Assembly: GCA_963843375.1 (NCBI GenBank) | Contig: CAWJKT010000004.1 | Location: 128,001-192,000, forward strand | Direction: 5' to 3' | From: an uncultured Pseudomonadota bacterium | GTDB taxonomy: Bacteria > Oederibacteriota > Muellerivitia > Muellerivitales > Muellerivitaceae | DNA: 64,000 bases | In this document: one piece after another, positions 58,685 through 64,000 of the stretch | Position numbering within the stretch: position 1 is the stretch's first letter | Layout: each line of letters starts with the position of its first letter | Program-made: the position numbers and the translations under genes | The notes under the pieces: model-generated | Seen by the model: the letters and a program-made list of their open reading frames with translations, nothing else | Databases searched by the model: none | What the model was told of the DNA's origin: nothing

Positions 58685-59890
58685 GTGATCTTTAATACCA
58701 GTTGGTTCCTGCTCTTCTTCCTTGTTTTTTATTTTTTCCTATGGTTCATGCCCAACGCCAAAGTGCGGTTTCTATATCTCCTGATCTGCAGCGCTATTTT
58801 CCACTATCATTTTGCCGGCCCGGCAGGAGTAACGCCCATCATCATCATGGCGGTTATCACTTTTTTCTTCGCCCTTTGGATTTCCAAATGTTCCCCGGGA
58901 AGCCTCCGGAAGAAATGGGTTTTTACCGCTGCTCTTTTGGTACCTATCTTTGGGCTTCTCTTTTATAAATATCGCGCGCTATTGCTGGGGTCCATAGGTC
59001 CTCTCGTCGGTGGTTCCGTGGGCGGGTGGCTGACTGCCAATGCTATTCAACCGGCGATGCCGCTGGCGATCTCCTTCTTCACTTTCGAATTCGTTCATTA
59101 CCTTACGGATATCTATCATGACCACGGAGATCCAATAAGGAATCCATTCAAGTTCGGTATCTTCTGCATATTCTTCCCCTCCATCGTTTCAGGCCCTATT
59201 AAGAGGTTTCAACCTTTTTTGGCCCAAATGGAAAACGGTTTGGAGAGGCCGCCAGTGGAAAAGGCCGCCTTGGGTTTGGCTCAATTGCTCCTGGGTTTTT
59301 TTAAGAAACTTGTCATCGCCGACAACGCCACTATGCTCATCCATCTCTTGGAAAAGCGAACCGACCTTCATTTTGGTTCTGTCTGTCTCTTACTGACACT
59401 TCTTTCAATTCGAATCCTTTTTGACTTCAGCGGCTATAGCGATATTGCTATAGGCTTGGGCAAGATGATCGGGTTGGATTTACCTGCGAATTTTAATTTT
59501 CCTTATATTTCCCGCAATATCACCGAGTTTTGGCGCCGGTGGCACATGTCCCTCAGCAGTTGGATCAGGGATTACATTTATATTCCTATGGGCGGAAATC
59601 GATTCGGTGTTGTAAGAAAATTCTTCAACCTGATGGTCACTATGTTCGTGTGCGGGCTCTGGCATGGCGCTAGCTGGCACTTCGGCCTTTGGGGCATGTA
59701 CCATGGGGTAGGGTTGGCGGTTCACAACGTCTGGAGCAAATCGAACATGGGCCAGAAATGGGAAGCCCTCCCATTTAGCCGATGGGTGGATATTGGAATT
59801 ACGAATGTTTTCGTGGCTTATGGCTGGCTTTTGTTTTTTTATCCGATGGAACAAGTTACAAAGTTCACGGAACGTTTATTTCAATTTTGA
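58685..59890 (+). CDS. MBOAT O-acyltransferase (DltB/AlgI family)
   Basis: PLAISFFTF, FFPSIVSGPI, FDFSGYSDIA, FWRRWHMSLSSW.RDY.YIP.GG, GLWHGA (catalytic His); 401 aa. Confidence 0.95.
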   Translation: MIFNTSWFLLFFLVFYFFLWFMPNAKVRFLYLLICSAIFHYHFAGPAGVTPIIIMAVITFFFALWISKCSPGSLRKKWVFTAALLVPIFGLLFYKYRALLLGSIGPLVGGSVGGWLTANAIQPAMPLAISFFTFEFVHYLTDIYHDHGDPIRNPFKFGIFCIFFPSIVSGPIKRFQPFLAQMENGLERPPVEKAALGLAQLLLGFFKKLVIADNATMLIHLLEKRTDLHFGSVCLLLTLLSIRILFDFSGYSDIAIGLGKMIGLDLPANFNFPYISRNITEFWRRWHMSLSSWIRDYIYIPMGGNRFGVVRKFFNLMVTMFVCGLWHGASWHFGLWGMYHGVGLAVHNVWSKSNMGQKWEALPFSRWVDIGITNVFVAYGWLLFFYPMEQVTKFTERLFQF

Positions 59891-59904
59891 TCTCAGGAGA
59901 AGTG

Positions 59905-61980
59905 ATGCCCAAGGAATACCAGCGAAAGACACACGAGTGGATAGCATTTTGGATGTCTTTCTTCTTCTTTCCATCGTTGGTTTTTGCCCTTTCTCCCATG
60001 GATTATTACAACAGCCTTGTTTGCGGAGCGGAAGAGGCTGGGTTCCAAGATGGGGCTTTTTATCAGGCCCGATTCAACGGTCCATGTGGCTTGGCTTTTG
60101 ACGATAAGGGAGAGAGGCTTTTCGTAGCCGACAGGGATAATCACCGAATTCGAGTCATTTTCCTTAATGAGGACAACCGGGTGGAAACATTGACCGGAAC
60201 GGGCAAAGCGGGGTCAGTAGATGGAAGTTTAGACCAGGCTTCATTCGACTTGCCTTGGGCGCTGGCTTGGGTTCCAGGCGGACACTTGGTGGTTTACGAT
60301 GCTGGCAATAAACGGTTTCGGGAAATCGACTTAAGCGCTGGGAGCGTTTCCACGCTGGCTTGTGATTCTTCGGACTGTAAAACCACCGCAGCGCCTGCGT
60401 TCCAAGTATGGAACATTGTCTATTGTTCAAAGGACAACAGCCTTTATTTCACCGAACCCTTGGGTCAGGAGCTTCAAAAGATGGATTTGGGATCCCAATT
60501 GGTCTCCACCGTTTTTTCAAAAAATTCACAGATACCCCAACCCAAAGCCCTTTGTCTTGACGGGGACCATCTTTACGTCGCGGACAAGGATCTTCCGACG
60601 GTGTATGAAGTGGATATGCCGACGGCCACCGGAACTACCCTAGCCCCTGTTTCGCTGACGGAAGTGGGAAAGGGGCAGCTCATTCAAGAAATGACTTTTT
60701 CGGACGGACAATTGTACGCCTTACAATTTGGAAACCCGCCCTTGGTGAGATTAAACCCCTATGAACCTGTAAGTCTCGCCACATCCTGGGGCTTCACCCT
60801 GGACGAATCGGATTCGCAATACAAAGCTCTTTTGAGTTTCACTTTACTTGATCCGGTAGGATTTGCTTCTTGTCCCGCCTTTCCCCGGAAGCTGTTTATT
60901 TCCCATCCCAGAATTACGGATCATTCCCTTTTAAGCGTTAAGGATTACGAGTTCGATAAATATTGGGCCGGCCGTGACTTGGTTTCGGATGAGAGAGAGG
61001 GGGTTTTAACGGATTTTCATTATCCCGAGGCAAAGCCTCCCAACACTTTTCGTATTTTAGTGGTGGGGGATTCCCAAATTTTGTCCGGTGACCTCATGGG
61101 ACCGAGCGACGGGGCCGTGACGGGAGAAGGGGCCTCGCTTTTCCAATTCGGGGCCTCTCCACGGGATTTAACTTGGCCCAAGCAGTTGGAGTTTATGTTG
61201 AATGCCCAAGCCGCCTTGGCCCATGGGAACATCCATTACGAGGTACTCGTGTTGGGCCACCCTGGGAAGTCGGCCCAACTCTTCGGTTATTATGAAGCGC
61301 CACCGCTTGTGGAGAAATATGACATCGACTCTGTCTTGTTTTTTGCCACGCCCTACAACATTGATAATCAGGATTCCTATTCGAGTTATTTCTTGAAAAA
61401 AATGACCCAAGAAGGCGTGCCGGCCCAGGAGGTCGACCCGGAGTATCTTTTGACGTCCGCTTCCAAGCGGGTGCCCCCCGGCATTCCAGCCGATCTTTAT
61501 CAAAGAGCCTACGAAGCGGGATTCATCAAGAAGGTTTCGCCAACCCAGGATTATTTCGCTCCTTTTGCGGACTTGTTGGAATCCGACGACAGCCAAATCC
61601 ATGAGGACTTGGTTCAAATGGTGGGGCTGCCCCTCAAGCTCCTGTCGAATAAAGTCCAACTGCATAAAACCAGAGGAGGAAAAGAAACCTCTTTTCTTCT
61701 TTGTTATGCCCCCAGCGGCGATAATAGTATTAAAACTAAATCGGATTATCATGTTTTTTGGCGGGATGTGATTTCCCAAACCCAATTGCCTTTTCTGGAT
61801 CTGGACGATTCCTTCAGGGTTTTCAAATCCGCTTTTTACCCCACGAATGATGCCTGCTGCCATAGCCACTTTACCGCTTATGGTGATATGCTGGTTGCCT
61901 ATCTGTTGAATTATTATCTGGTCGCTGGAAAATTTATTCCTTTTGGGACAAACCAGGGCCTCGAAGGCTCGTCCAAGTAG
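59905..61980 (+). CDS. Secreted NHL-repeat beta-propeller fused to an SGNH-like domain
   Basis: ARFNGPCGLAFD, LFVADRDNHRIR NHL repeats; FRILVVGDS; C-terminal CCHSHFTAYG. Confidence 0.75.
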   Translation: MPKEYQRKTHEWIAFWMSFFFFPSLVFALSPMDYYNSLVCGAEEAGFQDGAFYQARFNGPCGLAFDDKGERLFVADRDNHRIRVIFLNEDNRVETLTGTGKAGSVDGSLDQASFDLPWALAWVPGGHLVVYDAGNKRFREIDLSAGSVSTLACDSSDCKTTAAPAFQVWNIVYCSKDNSLYFTEPLGQELQKMDLGSQLVSTVFSKNSQIPQPKALCLDGDHLYVADKDLPTVYEVDMPTATGTTLAPVSLTEVGKGQLIQEMTFSDGQLYALQFGNPPLVRLNPYEPVSLATSWGFTLDESDSQYKALLSFTLLDPVGFASCPAFPRKLFISHPRITDHSLLSVKDYEFDKYWAGRDLVSDEREGVLTDFHYPEAKPPNTFRILVVGDSQILSGDLMGPSDGAVTGEGASLFQFGASPRDLTWPKQLEFMLNAQAALAHGNIHYEVLVLGHPGKSAQLFGYYEAPPLVEKYDIDSVLFFATPYNIDNQDSYSSYFLKKMTQEGVPAQEVDPEYLLTSASKRVPPGIPADLYQRAYEAGFIKKVSPTQDYFAPFADLLESDDSQIHEDLVQMVGLPLKLLSNKVQLHKTRGGKETSFLLCYAPSGDNSIKTKSDYHVFWRDVISQTQLPFLDLDDSFRVFKSAFYPTNDACCHSHFTAYGDMLVAYLLNYYLVAGKFIPFGTNQGLEGSSK

Positions 61981-62006
61981 GGACTTTTAATTAAAGGAGA
62001 AATAAG

Positions 62007-62510
62007 ATGAAAGAATTTCTGTTCATTTTAATTTTTTTCGGGCTTGTGACTTTGATAGGAGCTCAAGAAACTCCGGTGCCCGCGATAACAACGCCCGCCA
62101 CCGTTCCAGTGACAGTCATCGAGAAGTGGAACACCTCCAATGTACCTTGGGACGATTGGTTCAAGAGCAACGCTATGGTCACGGATAAGACCGATTACGT
62201 CCATTTCTTTTGGAACGCGCAAGACTTCAAGGCCAATTTCGAGGTGAAGAATAAGAAAGTCCGCTTAGCTGAGGCTGCGCTGGAATTGGTGAAGCGTCTT
62301 TATCCCTCGGACGCCAGTGCGGACCAGGTAAAGGTGGATATTGTTTATGTATTAGAGAGGGATTCCTATGGCCAACCCAAGTGGGACAGCCTACAACAGG
62401 TGGCTCATTTTGAGTTCTTGAAATCAAAAGCGCTCAAACAGGCCAAGAAGAAGCAAGTTCTAACCGATACTGTTATGAAAAAGATTTTCGATAAATTTGA
62501 GTTTTATTGA
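62007..62510 (+). CDS. Hypothetical secreted protein
   Basis: AAGGAG RBS, signal peptide, short Thr/Pro stretch. Confidence 0.7.
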   Translation: MKEFLFILIFFGLVTLIGAQETPVPAITTPATVPVTVIEKWNTSNVPWDDWFKSNAMVTDKTDYVHFFWNAQDFKANFEVKNKKVRLAEAALELVKRLYPSDASADQVKVDIVYVLERDSYGQPKWDSLQQVAHFEFLKSKALKQAKKKQVLTDTVMKKIFDKFEFY

Positions 62511-62742
62511 GCTTTGTTTGCGACGGTAAACTTCAATTTTCACGTAAAATAAGGTCGTTGTGCCCATTATTTCCCTTAGGTAACCGGCTTCCTAGAGCTA
62601 GAATCATCCTCTCATTTTGATCGAACGAAATGGCAAATTGAGTTGGGTTTAGAAGCAGACTCTAACCATGTTTTGCCCGGGTTTAATGACCCTGGCTTTT
62701 TTCTAAAATTTGCAACTGTGACAACTTTTCAAGGGGTGGACG

Positions 62743-63597
62743 ATGAAAAGAATTTTGAGTTTCGCTGTAACTTTTTTCATCTTGGCGGGAGTTTCCGCAA
62801 GTAATGCTCAAAATTTATCCACAACTCCATCTGCCAGTGGCCCCACTCCGTCCACGACACCAGGTTCAACCGTTAAGCACCACAAAAAGAAGAAGGCCTC
62901 CGTCCAAGCCACGGTTCAACCCACTGCCCAAATGACTGTATCGCCAACATCAAGTCCTTCGGTTACTCAAACCCTCCCTGTCAAACCGACCTCAACTCCG
63001 ACTGCGATGCCGACCCCAACAAACGTTCCTGAATCCTCTTCGATGGGAGCTATCGCCAATTCGAAAATTTATGACCGCATGGACCTGCCTGGGGACTTAC
63101 GTGGAGCTTTGTTCCGTGCCGTCAAGACATTGACCAGGGTTTCCGTGAAACATGGCCACACGGTTTTCTTGGACCTGGAAAAGGTTTCCGCGAACAAGAT
63201 CGATAAGGAAAGAAGGAACGCCTACGCGCGATTCGAGATTAATGAACTGGAATTAGGGGGAGCTCGCAACCCTTGGATTCTTCTGGCCGGAACTGTTTTC
63301 GAGCAAAGTGGGGATGATTGCAAAGTGGACGGTCCCATCGAAGTGGCAATTGATTTTAAAGATATCAAGATCAATTACGGCGGGAGCAAAATGGGGGAGA
63401 TCCAAAAAGGAAACGATATCGCCGCCCAAGTGTATAAGAAACTCATCAGCCATGACGGCTACCAATTGATATTGCAAGCCAATGACCAGGACAAGGATTC
63501 CAAGTATATGGACGATACAGCGGCCTATACCGTCAAGGCCAGGGATGGATACGTTATTATGGATTTCCCGAATTCCTCCCATGAAGCATCCCGATAA
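62743..63597 (+). CDS. Hypothetical secreted protein with Ser/Thr/Pro-rich N-terminal region
   Basis: Signal peptide ending ASNA; STTPSASGPTPSTTP...PTSTPTAMPTPT. Confidence 0.75.
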   Translation: MKRILSFAVTFFILAGVSASNAQNLSTTPSASGPTPSTTPGSTVKHHKKKKASVQATVQPTAQMTVSPTSSPSVTQTLPVKPTSTPTAMPTPTNVPESSSMGAIANSKIYDRMDLPGDLRGALFRAVKTLTRVSVKHGHTVFLDLEKVSANKIDKERRNAYARFEINELELGGARNPWILLAGTVFEQSGDDCKVDGPIEVAIDFKDIKINYGGSKMGEIQKGNDIAAQVYKKLISHDGYQLILQANDQDKDSKYMDDTAAYTVKARDGYVIMDFPNSSHEASR

Positions 63598-63615
63598 ACC
63601 CTGGAGGACTTAGTT

Positions 63616-64000
63616 ATGCGCGAAGTTAAAATGAAAGCATTGGGATGTTTTTTGTTGGTTCTCTTGGCCATGCCGGGCTTTGTCGGAGCCATGAGTTTAG
63701 CCAGCCAATTAAATAATCCCCCTGAACCCTTGAGTGTGGAGGCGGAGGGGATGGGAGAAGCGGTTGTTGCGGACGGAACTCTTTTCAACGCCACGGCTTT
63801 CAACCCGGCCTTACTCTCCAACGCTCCCTATTCCGGGGAATTTAGTTTGGGCTTTGACGCCTCCAGCGGCGTTACCGGGCTCAGCAATTACCTGTCAAGC
63901 GGGTCCACCGACCTTCCCCCCGATACCGTGAATATCGGGGCGGGCTTCAATCTCGCACTGAAGTTCGACGACCATTGGGGTTTCCAGGTTTACAACAATA
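63616..64000 (+). CDS. Partial outer-membrane beta-barrel protein, PorV/TraF/FadL-like (runs off the window; absent from the ORF track)
   Basis: GGAGG RBS; open frame MREVKMKALGCFLLVLLAMPG...SVEAEGMGEAVVADGTLFNATAFNPALL matches the GMG.A..A......NPA N-terminal motif. Confidence 0.6.
   Translation, partial: MREVKMKALGCFLLVLLAMPGFVGAMSLASQLNNPPEPLSVEAEGMGEAVVADGTLFNATAFNPALLSNAPYSGEFSLGFDASSGVTGLSNYLSSGSTDLPPDTVNIGAGFNLALKFDDHWGFQVYNN

Noticed and set aside
57492..59890. Canonical dlt operon (dltXABCD)
   Set aside because: No adenylation enzyme or carrier protein in the window and the gene order differs, so dlt symbols were not assigned

Overview
Gene-dense bacterial chromosome segment of moderate GC, probably from a diderm (it carries the heptose epimerase hldD, lipoproteins and a partial outer-membrane barrel). 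I see no rRNA, tRNA, CRISPR array or transposase. Housekeeping genes: thiO-like oxidase, hldD, purC, pepF, ispH, addB/addA, a CDF transporter and a quinone reductase. Carbohydrate enzymes: a GH67 alpha-glucuronidase and a clan GH-A agarase-like hydrolase. Three accessory systems stand out. (1) At 57.5-62 kb, an envelope-acylation operon: an SGNH protein, an unannotated 40-aa DltX-like peptide ending FIYVDF, a DltB-sized MBOAT and an NHL-SGNH fusion, with no dltA/dltC in the window. (2) Divergent from it at 40.7-57.3 kb, the squalene genes hpnC-hpnD-hpnE interleaved with six paralogous GT-C (PMT/ArnT-like) glycosyltransferases, four with TPR-like tails. (3) At 16-21.4 kb, a phcB-phcS-phcR-like methyltransferase/two-component locus resembling Ralstonia methyl-ester quorum sensing. 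About ten small frameshifts cluster at 12.4-15.4 kb, with two more at 20.04 and 56.63 kb; these look like sequencing indels rather than real pseudogenes. All family calls come from motif recognition by eye; no database searches were run.
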